Shown here piece by piece: positions 24,424 to 38,205 of a stretch of 64,000 nt of DNA. The translations under genes and the position numbers were made by a program. The stretch spans positions 5,394,001-5,458,000 of the forward strand of contig CAVNZM010000014.1 in assembly GCA_963693365.1 (NCBI GenBank), in the 5' to 3' direction. Each line of letters starts with the position of its first letter. Position 1 is the first letter of the stretch. The notes under the pieces were generated by a model. That model saw only the letters and a program-made list of their open reading frames with translations, ran no database searches and had not been told where the DNA came from. This DNA comes from Amoebidium appalachense. Lineage: Eukaryota > Protista > Ichthyosporea.

Positions 24424-25029
24424 CGACATGTTGCTGAAGTCTACACCATGTATGAACACAACAAACACTGAAACTAAAAACCAAAAACCATGATTGCCAT
24501 TAGTACTGTACGTGACGTACCTCAACGAAATCCAGTCCACTATATTGGAATCGGTCTCACGCTACCCGGGAATGGTTGGCAAGGTCCTTCTGCTTTTATT
24601 TGGCGATATTTCTCCACGAAGTAGTGAGAAAGAAATCATTAGTTGAATAAAATAATATTTTTGCAACTACCCTAGGACCAAAACTTGAGTTATTGCTCCT
24701 ACTACTAGTAACATAACTTGAAAGGGCGCAGAAACGGCCCTGTCCCTCCCCCCCACTCCCCCCTCCCCTTCCTGCCCTTCCCCCCGCCCTGACTTCCCCA
24801 TAAAATGTCCGCACACACAACCAGACTTCCAGACCGTATGGGTTATGAGACAGGCAGTTCAAGTTGTATGAAACCAAAAGGTGGTGCCGGGAAGGGGGGA
24901 GGTTTCCCTCATTCGAACCCCGGCCCTCCTCTCCGACTCTCTCTCTCTCCCCCCCCCCCCCCCCCCCCCCCCCTTTCTCTCTCCCCCTCCCCCCCTCTCT
25001 CTCCCCCCCCCCCCCCTCCCCCTCTCTCT

Positions 25030-25192
<163 letters not shown>

Positions 25193-25527
25193 CCCCCTCC
25201 CCCCTCCCCCCTCTCTCCCTCTCTCTCTCTTTCTCTCTCTCTCCCTTCTCCCTCTTCCCCTCCCTCCCTACCTACCCCCCCCCTTTCCTTGAAAGAGTGG
25301 TGGGGAATTCGGTGCCTAGTCATGAGCCGGCATGATTGTACCTTTACTGGAGCTCCTCACACTTTTTCAGGCTTTTTATTAGGAACTCTAAGCTTTTGAT
25401 TCGCTGAAAACTTTAATATCACGTAAAAGGGCTAAGGGAGATTACCAGGTTCCATGCGACAGGCTCCGCGGGCACGTGTAGAACACACAGTCACACACAC
25501 GCACACACACACACACACACATGCACG

Positions 25528-25559
<32 letters not shown>

Positions 25560-25560
25560 G

Positions 25561-25703
<143 letters not shown>

Positions 25704-25920
25704 ATCCCCCTCCCCTCCCCCCTCCCCCACACACACATACCACCGCCGCCGCCACCACAACACACACACCCACACACCCACACCCACACCTTCAATCCAC
25801 CGAAACCAAATTTAATTTACAGAATATCCAATGCCAATGCTTTACATTACCAAAACTGTCCCACAACCGATTGTACATAGCCTGGTTGAGATGCCTTCGT
25901 GGCTGGGTAAAACTTCTCTT

Positions 25921-26005
25921 GGGGTAACCGCGCAACGAAAATGCAATGTGCACATCACCCAGCCATTGAGTGCTCTGCAAGGACGCTGGACACAGTCTTG
26001 GCCCC
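25921..26005 (+). ncRNA. Putative small RNA gene, copy 10
   Basis: GTCCCACAACC 25858-25868, offset 53. GGGGTAA/TTGGCCCC, TGCA..TGCA, TTGCTGAAG 26015-26023. Confidence 0.55.
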
Positions 26006-26059
26006 CATTTCACATTGCTGAAGAATCTTAGTCACACACGTCTGCCCCCTTCCCCCCCT

Positions 26060-26113
<54 letters not shown>

Positions 26114-26288
26114 ACTGTTTTTAAAGTTCCTCTTCGTCTTCTCATCCGTGTGGCAGCTTCCAAGCGGTGAATAGTAAAGGTCTCAACAAGGAAAAGCCTG
26201 TAAACTTTAAGTAAAACCCCCGAAGTATTTAAAGAAATGATTCTATCGTAGTACCGACATTTTGCCTCCTAAAACGAAGTATATGTAA

Positions 26289-26328
<40 letters not shown>

Positions 26329-27130
26329 CCGCCACCCCTCTCCCTCCAAATCTCCCCACTATAGGTCTTCTCGTTCTTAGCATTTGCCACTCCATAGCCC
26401 ACCTAGGCCTTCTTTCATTAGACCCCTCCCCCCCCCCCCCCCTAGGACCTTGTCTAGGGTTTTCCAATGGTTCCCCCCCCCCCCTCCTTCCTCTACCCCC
26501 CCCCCCCCCCCAAAAAAAAAAAAAAAAAAAAAAAAAACTCTTTTCCCACACCATGCCACGCATTTCTGCACGGGTATCAAGTGTTTTCTTTTTTTCATTC
26601 CCGTTGCTCTCAGAGTCAGTTTCCTCCAACGTTACTTCGCCCAGACACGAAAACATTTCGAGGACTAGAGCTTAAATCAGAATGGGTTACGAGGCAAAAA
26701 CAGGCAATCAGCAGAGAAAATATGAAGAAACCATGGCAACGGAATCCGCAGCGGTGATCTAACATTAGAAAGGCGAAGAAACCTCATTCGTTTTTTCTTT
26801 TCTGCTAGTTTTTCATGCGGTTCATTGCCTAAATTTTTGAGGATGACTTAATCGGCCCGGAAGGGCCGGAACCGGGAGCTGCATTGTGTTGTGAGGAGTG
26901 GGTATGTATGCTTGTTTTGTGTGTGTGTGCGTATGTATGTGTGTGGGGGGGCGAGGGGGGGGGAGGGGGGGCGGGGGAAGGATCTCGACATGGGTCGGTG
27001 GCCATCTAAGCGTAGATGAGAACATTAGGCACAGGGCTGACATGAAGGCCAGCGGCAGGTACATTGGATATTCCATGATATCCCGGAATATCCGATGTGG
27101 CCGGAGGAATTGCTGATGATGGTCCCCCCG

Positions 27131-27204
<74 letters not shown>

Positions 27205-27477
27205 CTCTTTATTATTCTTACCCTCCCAAGTTCACCCCAGGACTCCACCCAAACCCCATCCGCTACTTTCCCTTTTCCACCAGCTCAGAGATATTAATAC
27301 AGAGATGGTTTTGCTTCATTCCAGCCTCCAGCCCAAACAAACGGCATTCCTTCACCTTTGTATCAATAATTATTTGAATGCCTTTGATTTCCAGTCCCGC
27401 CATCACATGGCGCAACATAATCCCCCACCTCCCTCCCTCCCCTCCACCCCCCTGGTCCCCGCTTTCCTCTTTCCCCC

Positions 27478-27527
<50 letters not shown>

Positions 27528-27769
27528 TCCTCCACCTCAAAAAAAAAAAAAAAGACACGCCCGCACACGAAACCCATCTAATCATGACTTGTCCCCCGCA
27601 ACTCATTCGAACCCCCCAAAAGACTTTCCCATACAGCGTGGCTCCAGACTGGTTGTATGAGTTAAATCAGTTAGCGAAGAGTTTATGAAAGCATTAGAGA
27701 GTGGCTATCGGATCATGCGTGATATCATATTGTTTATTATAAAAAGATTTCATTCATAGCAACTTGCAA

Positions 27770-27851
27770 TGAGCGACCTCGCAGTTGAAATTCGACAGGC
27801 ATCCCTATGCAAGACAGGGCCTGCATGGTTGATGGGTGGTCTAGTCGCCCA
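27770..27851 (-). ncRNA. Putative small RNA gene, copy 11
   Basis: ATCCCACGATC (27903-27913, offset 52). Stem UGGGCGACU/GGUCGCUCA, TTGCTA downstream. Paralogue of copy 7. Confidence 0.58.
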
Positions 27852-28949
27852 GCAAAGCGCATCCCAACCTAGGCTTCCTTGAAGGGCTGGTATTTCTATA
27901 ATGATCGTGGGATATAGTTACCCCTCGACTTTCCATTTCCGTTTCGGACTCAAGAATTACAGTGTCATTGGTTCGCTGCTTGGTTAAAACTTTCGCATTT
28001 GAGGTCTGTAACCCTGTGCAATATAATTATTAGAAACAAGTTTTTTTCATGTGTGTCCCCCTGCCACAGGTCACTGTGATGTGTGGTATTCTGATTTCCA
28101 CGGCCAGCCTGTATGCAGCCCCAGGCCAATTTCGTAGCAAACTTCCTGTGCATTGTGTACGTGTGTATAGTCCCGAAGGGTTTTTATAACCCAACAGTTT
28201 AATTTTTGTACATAGGGAGGGGGAGGGGGGAGGGCAGGGGGGAGGGGGAGAGGGGGGGAGGGGGACATGAACGGAGAAGGAACCAATGTTCGAGTTATAA
28301 CTGAATATGGGCACTCACTTTCTGCAACCACCACGTGCACGTGTACCCTATAGTCACTGTGTTGTATGAGTGTACACCACTGCGCTGAAAGATTGCGGCT
28401 AGGGTGAAGGGGAGGGGGAGGAGGGGGGAGGGCCGGTGGAGACGAGGGGGAACTCGAGGAGGCAGCTCTCAAAAATTATTGCAAATGCCACTATTCATAG
28501 CCTGAGGGGAATGCATATTAGTGATTCTCAAGCGACGGAGAATGGGCTAGATGGACAGGGCTGTAAGGGATCTATGCATACATGTAAGTGCAGAGTTAAT
28601 CGCACACTGTGCTGCTATAACTTTCTCTTTCCAGACATACACACACACACACCTGACAGCCTCAATTATTTTACGTGTCCTATAACATAACTTAGGACGC
28701 AGAGCCCCCCCCCCCCCCCCCCCCCCCCCCCCTCTCCCCTCTCCCCCCCCCACCTTCCCCCCCCCCTTCCCCCCCCCCCCCCCCCCCCCCCCCCTCACCT
28801 CCCTCCCCCATCCCCCCCCCCTCCCCCCCCCCCCCCCCCCCAAAAAAAAAAAAAAAAAAAAAAAGAAAAGGAGAAACACACACGCGCACGCACACGCACA
28901 CGCACACGCACACACACATACACTACACCCGGGCGTGCAAAAAAAGAAA

Positions 28950-29009
<60 letters not shown>

Positions 29010-29113
29010 CCCCCCCTAGTGGGGGGGGGGGGGGATCAGGGAAGGAAACAGAAAAATGTTAATATTCAAGTAATAAGAGTGGGAACACTGAATAACCACG
29101 AGCTAAGCCAAGC

Positions 29114-29176
<63 letters not shown>

Positions 29177-29615
29177 TTCTTTGGATACAAATGTGCGTTG
29201 GCATTTATCATATATCTAAAGAAAGACGAAGAAAAAGAAAACTAAAGGAAGAAAGAAAATCAGAAAAAGAGAAAATAAGAGGCTTTCCGAAAAGAAAAAG
29301 GGAGGGGGGGAAAGGTAGAATAGCTAACAACCTGAGCCGGCCGGGCCAAGAAGACCATCCGACCTGCCCCCCCTCCAACCCTCCCTTCCCCCATGTCGCC
29401 CCTGACGCTCCCTCCTTCCCCCTTTCCCTTCTCTTTTCACAAGTCACAGTGTAGGTTGAAATTCAATGTTAGGACACATCCATGTACGCATGCCTCTTTC
29501 AATTATGTACCAGCTCCGGTGTAGTTGGGGACACGTAACATATGGCTGAAATCGCCCCACATTTCTTGGTCAAGAAAATCCCGACAGTCAAATTTGTGGC
29601 CTGTTAGGATCCTTG

Positions 29616-29707
29616 TGGGCAACTGTCTAACGGCTGTGCAGTATGCAAATCACTCAGCAAATCGGGGTGGCATGCAAGGCTTTTTGTGCTGTGTTGCATG
29701 TTTGCCC
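29616..29707 (+). ncRNA. Putative small RNA gene, copy 12
   Basis: GCCCCACATTT 29554-29564, offset 52. Stem GGGCAA/TTGCCC, TGCA at +21, CTGCTGAAA 29716-29724. Confidence 0.52.
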
Positions 29708-30414
29708 CTTTTATACTGCTGAAATCTGATTTTTTTTTTGGAAAAAAAATTTTTTTTGGAAAAAAAAAAAAGCAGGTACTCGTAGTGACATCCCCCCCTT
29801 GCGACATCTCCATCTTTCCCGCACCTTTCCTCCCCCCCTCCCTCATCGATCCCCCGCCCCTTGAATACGCACAGCCACCCACCCGCCCACCAAAGCACAC
29901 AAACAGTACACAAGCACACTGTTTTTGGAGTTACTCTTCGCCTTTTCATCTGTGTATCATTGTCATACTCTAAATACACTTAAAAAAATGGGGAAGTGAT
30001 GCCCCATAACATGAAAATGGGTGTGTGTGTGTGTGTGTGTGTATGGGGGGAAGTTGTATGCAACACAGTATGCATTCAGTGCCGTACATACGTATGCATG
30101 GTACCCTCGAGCTCACGTTCCTGTCCATGTCGCACTTGGATTCCTGTCTCCTCGTCTCTTCAGAACTTGATGTGCAATCCCCTACTAGTAAAGCTCTAAA
30201 TAGTATTACTTGGAACGATGTTTTAGAGCCCCCCCCCCCCCCCCCCTCCCCCCCCCCCTCCCCCCCCCTCCGCTCTCCCTCACTTCCAGCCCCCTTCCTC
30301 CTCCCCCCTCCCCTCCCCCCCTCCCCCCCCCTCTCTCCCTCCCGTCCCGCCCCCTTCCTTTCCCCCTCCCCCCCCCCTCTTTCCCCCCCTTCCTTTTTCC
30401 CTCTCCCCTTTGGT

Positions 30415-30449
<35 letters not shown>

Positions 30450-30504
30450 CTATGCCTGTGTTTAAAGGCCAACCCAATAGACAAGACAACCCACATAGTA
30501 ATGC

Positions 30505-30576
30505 TAGGAAATTCCGAGCCAAAACCCCATACCTGAGACTGGTCTCTCCTTGCTTCGAGTAAACAGCGTAAACCCC
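30505..30576 (+). repeat. Repeat family D fragment
   Basis: TTCCGAGC..ACCCCATACCTGAGACTGGTCTCTC..CGAGTAAACAGCGTAAACCCC is an inverted match to 31641-31712. Confidence 0.7.
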
Positions 30577-30795
30577 AGTGCACATCAACTTCATCATTTG
30601 ATTTATCTGTATGCTCGTTACAACCCTGGACCCAAAAAAAAAAAAAAAAAAAAAAAAAAAACTTTTCCTGCGCGGGACTCCCTTTACCTTGCTGATATCC
30701 TTAAGTCTGGAAAACTTCTGGGTTACTAATAGGTGGTAGCAATAAAACAATTATGTATTTTTTATGGAACATAAGTTCTTTTTAGCAACATGGTA

Positions 30796-30887
30796 TGGGC
30801 AAACTTTATTGTCACCTGGAACCTCGATGCACAGGAAAACTGCATGCCCCTTCGTGGCCGTACGTTGAACAGGTGGGAGTTCGCCCG
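30796..30887 (-). ncRNA. Putative small RNA gene, copy 13
   Basis: ATCCCACAATC (30940-30950, offset 53). 9-bp stem GGGCGAACU/AGUUUGCCC, compensatory relative to GGGCGACC/GGUCGCUC. TGCA..TGCA, TTGCTAAA (30781-30788). Confidence 0.62.
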
Positions 30888-31639
30888 GTCAAAAGTACCT
30901 CAACAAGGGCTATAATAGATGTCGGCTTGCCAGGATTTCGATTGTGGGATGCATATTATGAAGGTCGTTGGCTTATACATTGAGTTCCACATTTGTTACA
31001 AACGCTAACGCGTATGGGGTGTGGATCGAAACCACTAGTGGCCCATGATCCGTGCACGTGATGCACCAAAAAAACAAAAAACAAAAAAACAAAAAAAAAA
31101 AAAAAATAAAGAAAGATTTTAAAATGAAGGAGAGAAAGAAAATTGGCACTGTGCACACGGCCTGAGGCAAACAATCCAGGAACTTCTGTTCGATTGCTCC
31201 AGAAGGAATAATAGTGGGGCAAAATAAAAAAATAGGTTTATTGATATACGTTGGGAATTGATCAAGAATTGTCACAGTTCAAACAGGTGCCACGTAGAAA
31301 GGGTTTTACTGTACCCCATGCGTCTCTTTGATTGCGTGTGTGTGCGTTACGGGCAAGAGCTGGAATGGGGAAGGCGGTGGTGGGGGTGGTGTTGTGGGGG
31401 TGTTTGGTGGTGGTGGTGGTGGTTGGAGGGGGAGGGGGAGGGGGCCCCGGGGTGGGGAGTGGTTGGTGGTGGTGGTGTGTGTGTGTGTGTTTGCATGTGT
31501 GTGTGTTTTGTGTGTTTCTTGGGGAGGGGGAGGGGTGTGACCCCTGGGCCATTGAATTACACACACAGACATCAAACACAAGACGTGACATCATCTGGGC
31601 AGGCCTTTCCTCCATACTGTGCCCAACTTTAGAAACTGA

Positions 31640-31835
31640 TTGGGGGTTTACGCTGTTTACTCGAGGCAAAGAGAGACCAGTCAGGTGTGGGGGGTTTTTG
31701 CTCGAAATATCCCCTCAGCGGTATATCATGATCAAGTACATAGATGTCGGGTGATGAATAGATATCAGGGTTTTTCTTACTCTATGAACACCATATAGAT
31801 TAAGAAGAAAAATCAATTAGTTGAGTTCCCCGTTT
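31640..31835 (-). repeat. Interspersed repeat family D
   Basis: Its reverse complement matches 63843-64000, and its left part matches 30505-30576. Confidence 0.75.
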
Positions 31836-32399
31836 TTTTCCGGCATCAGCCAAACCTTGGCATGAGCTCGTGGTTTTATTCGAGAATACCCTGAATATCC
31901 CTGAATATTCAGGAACAGGAATTCCGACACACAGTGTCCGGAAAGTAGCCACACAAGCTCTCCATGTTATCTTTACACTAACCAATTTTACCATGCGTCG
32001 TTCTTGATGTGTACGTTGTCATGTTCCGCGCGGATTACGATTATCAACAGGACATCTACATTCGTACACTGGCAAAGAAACACAAATACTTTTATATATT
32101 CTTAGAACTATCGAAGTATTTCAGGCAGCTGTTTACGCCGACCATACAACCTTTCAGAACCCCCCCCCCCCCCCCCCCCCCCCCCATATCTCACCCAACC
32201 ACTGCCGCCACCACCCTCACATCCACCCTAACAGTGTCCAGGACATCCACAACAGACAAACACAAACAAAACCCTGACATACAGAGGCATGTTCAAAAAT
32301 TCGCATCTACAGACCCAGAACAATGTACGTGGCGCACATGCAATGATTCATTCGCAAATATTTAACACCAGGGTTTAAAAACTTCATTGCATTGGCATC

Positions 32400-32798
32400 T
32401 CAGCCCTCCTGCAGGCATGTTTCGAGTACATCACGGTACTTGGCTAGCACTGTAGATGTATGTGGTCAGTCTGAGCTCAGCAGACAAGCACAGGCACACA
32501 CACACGTACATATGCATGCGCCAAATACACACACACAAGACACACAACCATCCTACCACACACACCCGTATGTGCAAATGCAGTTACTCCCACGAATACA
32601 ACCTTATGCACGAACACTTTTGCACTTTTCCACATATCCGTTGTGTTGAAAAAATAACAATAACAATTTTCTCAAAAGCAAAACATAGCCTGCCCGTAAT
32701 CATGGACATGATTAACACATGGGAAGTTCAGCTGAAGAGTTGGCTTTTTTGTTTGTTATCCCCGTCAACCCCCACCCCCACCCCCCCGCCCACCCCAT

Positions 32799-32891
<93 letters not shown>

Positions 32892-33919
32892 AACAAACAC
32901 AAACACACACGCACACACCTCACCCCTTTTGCAAGGATCTAGCCAAACAAACAGTGCACATGGCACGTACCTGTGGATATCTCGGACCGTGAGATATTTT
33001 CCCTCCACATTATCTCCTCCACATGGTGGCCCCCTCGAAAATACGGCGCCAATCTGAAACATAACAGAGGTTACAGCATGAGTTCTCCCCCCTCCCCCCC
33101 CCCGCCCCCCCCCCCTCCCCCCTCACCCCACTCCCTCCCCTCCAATCCCCCCTCCACCACCACCACTAAAACAATAGGGCATAATACAGATGGATAAAGT
33201 GGTTTCCTATACACAGGCGTTCATGTGTATGATGCACACATCGAACACACTATATCGACCACCGAGCACCCCCCAGGGTTTATCTGATCACGTCCATGCA
33301 CACAAGTCAAGCACAAACAGGCATAGCAGCCCCCCCCCCCCTCCCCCCCTCTTCCAGCCCCATCCCCCGCACATACACTACACACCCTCACCCCATATAT
33401 ACATTAACCCACCTCAAAAACAGACTAAAGTCCCTCGGGTTCTCCGACGCTGCCAGCCTCTGTATGTACTGATACTCGTGGGGATCCAACCACTCGCTCT
33501 TTGTTTCTGTGTGGTAGAAGAAAGTGTCACGTCATGTTTTTTATCGAACACATTACCCCTGCCCTGCCCCCCCCCCCTCCTTCGCCACTACTTTCCACCA
33601 AATAAAAGAGGGGTTTCCCATGCCACCACAGTAGGATGGGTTCCGATTCTTTGACCATTTGTGCATGGTTCCCAACCCATTCCATATTTCAAGAAGGGGG
33701 TGCGGTGTCTGGAGAGAGGGGGGGGGGAAGAGGAGGGGAGGGGGGAGGGGAAGAGCCTACCTTCAGGCATGTCGGGGAAGGAGCTGTCAGGTGAGACGTT
33801 AACACCGGGCACAAGGAGATAGACAAATGTGTGGAGTTCCATAAGCATGCGGCGTTTAAGTAGCCAGATCTGTGCGCCCGAGCGCGTGTGTGTACGTGTG
33901 TGTACGTGTGTGTACGTGT

Positions 33920-33953
<34 letters not shown>

Positions 33954-33969
33954 ACGTGTGTGTGCGTGT

Positions 33970-34028
<59 letters not shown>

Positions 34029-34839
34029 CGCGCACGCACGCGCCGGCGTGCGAGGCGAGCGTGTTTATGGGCCTGTTAGTGTATATGTGGAGTGTGCATG
34101 TGCGCCCAAATGTGTAAACTTATGCTGCAAAGGAAGCAGGAGTGAATGGAGCGCCTCGAACGTATTTACAGGATACAATACGTAAAACCATTGCAGTTAG
34201 GAAAGAAACCAAGCAAGGTTTCAATAGAGACGAGGGAAAGGAAGGTTCACTATGAGGGGTGGGAGGGAGGAGAGGGGGGGGGGGAAAGGGGGGGGAGGGG
34301 GATGGGGAAGAGTGGGAGAGGGAGTTGGGGGATGGATCAGGGTACATACCACCATATTGATCTGCTCTCGCATTTGATTGGGTCCAAGGGAATCCACATG
34401 CTCACTCAGCTGCTTGGGCTGTGTGTGTGTGTGTGTATGTGTGTGTGTGTGTGTGTGTGGGTGTGTGTGTGTGTTGTGTGTGTGTGCGTGCGTGCAAGCG
34501 GTGTGTGCGTGTACATGGTGTGTGTGTCTGTATGTGTGTGCGCGCACATGTGTGCACACCAGGACGAGTGTATAGCTGATTGGTGTAAATGCAATGCTAG
34601 TCAGTCCCATTACCAACAAAAGTGTGGGTACTAAATAATAACCGGTAGTCTCTACAGGCAAGTTGTCTAAGAAAGAAGCTCTATACTTGACAACTTTCGT
34701 TTACATTTTCTCTTAATCTTCAGCCAAGAGGTGAGGGAGAGTGGGGAAGGGGGGACTTGCCTGGGAGAACTTTGTAAGGACCGTTGCAAGATTGTGCCCG
34801 GGGAAATGCCGAGCAAAAGACATGGCTACCTCGGACTTG

Positions 34840-34886
<47 letters not shown>

Positions 34887-35154
34887 TGCGCGCGCTCTCG
34901 TGTGTGTGTGTGTGTGTGCGTGTGCGTCTGCATGTGCGCATTAATGAGTGACGTTAGTGAGGTGATGAATAAGTAAGTGAGGTAGTATGTGTGTGTGTGT
35001 GTGTCTGTCCTTATACAGTGAGTGTGTGTATAATTCTCTGGTCTATGTGTTTACATTGCGCGGAATGGGACGACGGATCAGCAGCGTTACATTGGCTTTG
35101 TCCATGTAATAAAATTGTGATTGGGTATCAGCCTCATATCCATTTGATTCTTAG

Positions 35155-35186
<32 letters not shown>

Positions 35187-35271
35187 TTCCCACCTCCCTT
35201 CCCCGCCCTCCTCGATGTGTGTGCGCGGGTGAGCATATATAGATGTGTGATGTGTGTGTGTCTGTGTGTGT

Positions 35272-35316
<45 letters not shown>

Positions 35317-36972
35317 CGCGTGTGTGTATGTATGTGTGAGTGTGTGTATGTGTGTGTTTGTGTGTGCGTGTGTATGTGCCTCTCTGTGTGTGCCATTTTA
35401 TGCGTGTGTCTATTGCATGTACGCACACCTGCACGCGCGTGTATGCACGTGTGTGTATGTATGCGTGTATATGTGTGTACATGTACATATGTGTATGTGT
35501 AAAGGAAAAAGAGCAAGGAATATACATACAAATCCGTGTTTGCCGATGGGCTGACGGTGTAGATGTTGTTCTTTGATAGTTTGTTGACGATCACAGCTGC
35601 CTGCCAGTAGACCAGATGGCTGGCCAGACGGTACACAAATGCAAGAGGTATGTCTGTCTCCATCGCCAACTCACCAAAACTGAAGGGGAAAAAAGAAAAA
35701 GAAAAAGAAAAAATGATTAAAGGTGGAAAAGGTTCTTTGGAACAAAGACAAAACAACAACCCTGGGCACACTAAATGGACGGTTGGGACGATGCCGGAGG
35801 AATTTTCTTGGCGAAGTCCGGGCATGCACACGTTCACCCAGTTACGTGTACACAGACACACACACATGCCCACATGAGAATCCATGTGCATGCACAGGGA
35901 AAACGCAACCACCTTCCCCTCATCCCCCCCCCCCCCCCTGCCCCCATCCCTTCAAACGTCAACAAATACGTGTTGTGCCAGAACTCTCCTCCCACCTCCC
36001 TTCACCGAATGTACAGTGAAACCATGGAACCGAAACAACAAAATTCAAGAGAGATATGCTGAAGAATCGTGCTTGGATATGAACACAATAGCTTACATAG
36101 TAAAATGAAACACTCCATACATGGTGATTCTCAGTTCTGATATATCAAATCTGCAATGCGAATGTCCCCGCATCTTTGCTCGAAGGGAAAAGTTTTGGAA
36201 TGTTTAGAAATGATGTTGTTGATAGTGAACCCGGATACACTTATGAATATGAATATTAGCCCGCTAGTGGCAGTATATAGTGACCCAACTGGGGAAAAAG
36301 ACAATCAATACATGGTTGCCCTATCAAACCTGTATCCCATATTTGCTTTTGAATGTTGCGCAAGATGATGTGATATACGAAGTGAAAACGGCATATACTT
36401 ACCATTTTCGCTATCCATACACTCATATTTGCGCATGGTACTTACCCTTTCTCTGGGCCCCTTCTCACTTCCCACTATCCCCACTTTCCGTTGTCAGAAT
36501 ATCCTTCATCATACCCAACCAGATCGAATACGCTTGCCTATCTTTCTTACTCATATCCATGCATGGTGGTTTAAACACTTAACTTTTTCATTCAAAACAC
36601 CAACAGATGATCTTGTATACCTAGCCAAATCACATACACCTGCCCAATTAAAAAAAAATTCCCACTAACCTTTTCATTGGTGTGCTGTGTGCAATCAACT
36701 GAGCGAGGGCCGGGGAGCAATCCGTGGGGAGGGTTTGAAGCAGCACCGACGGCTCATCGAACAAAAGAAGTGTGTGAAAAGGGCGTAATGTAGATGGCGC
36801 TAACCGTACATCTGAGGGATAATCTTCCGAATATCCGGATGAATATCCCGTAAATTGAGATTCTCCATATGCGTTCGCAGTGTTTCGGTAGGTGGAGTCG
36901 AGGCTTGTGTTGAGGCTCCAGTGGATGGGTACCCAGTTGTTGAGCCTGTGTGTGTGTGTGTGTGTGTGTGTG

Positions 36973-37008
<36 letters not shown>

Positions 37009-37339
37009 GGGAGGGAGGGAAGGACGGATGGACGGACGGAGGGAGGGAGGGAGGGAGGGAGGGAGGGAGGGAGGGAGGGAGGGAGAGAGCGAAAAAAAGC
37101 GTGTGTGTCTGTAGGTGCATGTGTCATGGGTATTCGAGGAGGAGTCAATGGGGACGAGAGTGAAGTGTGAGAAACAGCTTGATGAGAGTGAGAGTAGCAA
37201 ATAAATGAGGAAGCGAAGTTGTATGTGTGATTACAATAGTCGGGAACGTGTGTGCTCTTGCATCGACAAAAACGCAAGGGGCCAACCTGCTTTTTTTTTT
37301 CTTTTTCTTTCTTTTCTTTTCTTTTCTTTCTTTTCTTTT

Positions 37340-37393
<54 letters not shown>

Positions 37394-38170
37394 TGGCAGC
37401 TGTGGTGGGAGGGGTGGGGTGCAAGGATAAGAAGTGAAGTACGTAGGTGAGATTTCTTTCTTCCGCGTGGGGTGGTTGGGGTGGGGGGGGGGGGGGGGTT
37501 CTATACTTGATGTGAACTTTTGTGTCGGTGGGTGCCAGAAAGTTTGCGCGTGTGCTGTGGTCTGATTTAAGCTCGGGCATGGCCAGTGAGTCGTACACCT
37601 CCCGTATGTGCTGGGCCAATAGCGAGCGGGCAAGAATCCACGTGGTCAGGGTCTCTGCCAATAGGAATGAATTAGTAAAAACGAAATCAGCCATTAAAAG
37701 GAAGTTTGTTTGATGATGTTCATTCCCATGATAGTGGGTTATTGGTTTATTTTTAAATGTTAGTGAGTGCGGGAGGCAAAGTAGGTCACGATTCAAGTGC
37801 ACATGAAACTAGTGAGCAAGTAAAAAGCAAGTAGAGGGTAAAAATTATGCAACTTATGTCAACATGAGTCAAGAAGCCTTACTAAGGCTCAAGATGAAAG
37901 ACACATGCGAGTGCACACACACACACACACACATCGTATGGGCGCCCATGCACACGTACAAACACGTGACTGGATGAGAGACACACACACGGAGGAGTTG
38001 AACACACACACATGCAGGACACCCACACCACACCCACCCACCCACCCACCCACCCACCCACCCACACATACACACACGTACGCACACGCACGCACGCACG
38101 CACCCACACCCACCCACACACCCACACCCACACGTCCGCACATCCACCCACACACCCACACCCACACCCA

Positions 38171-38205
<35 letters not shown>

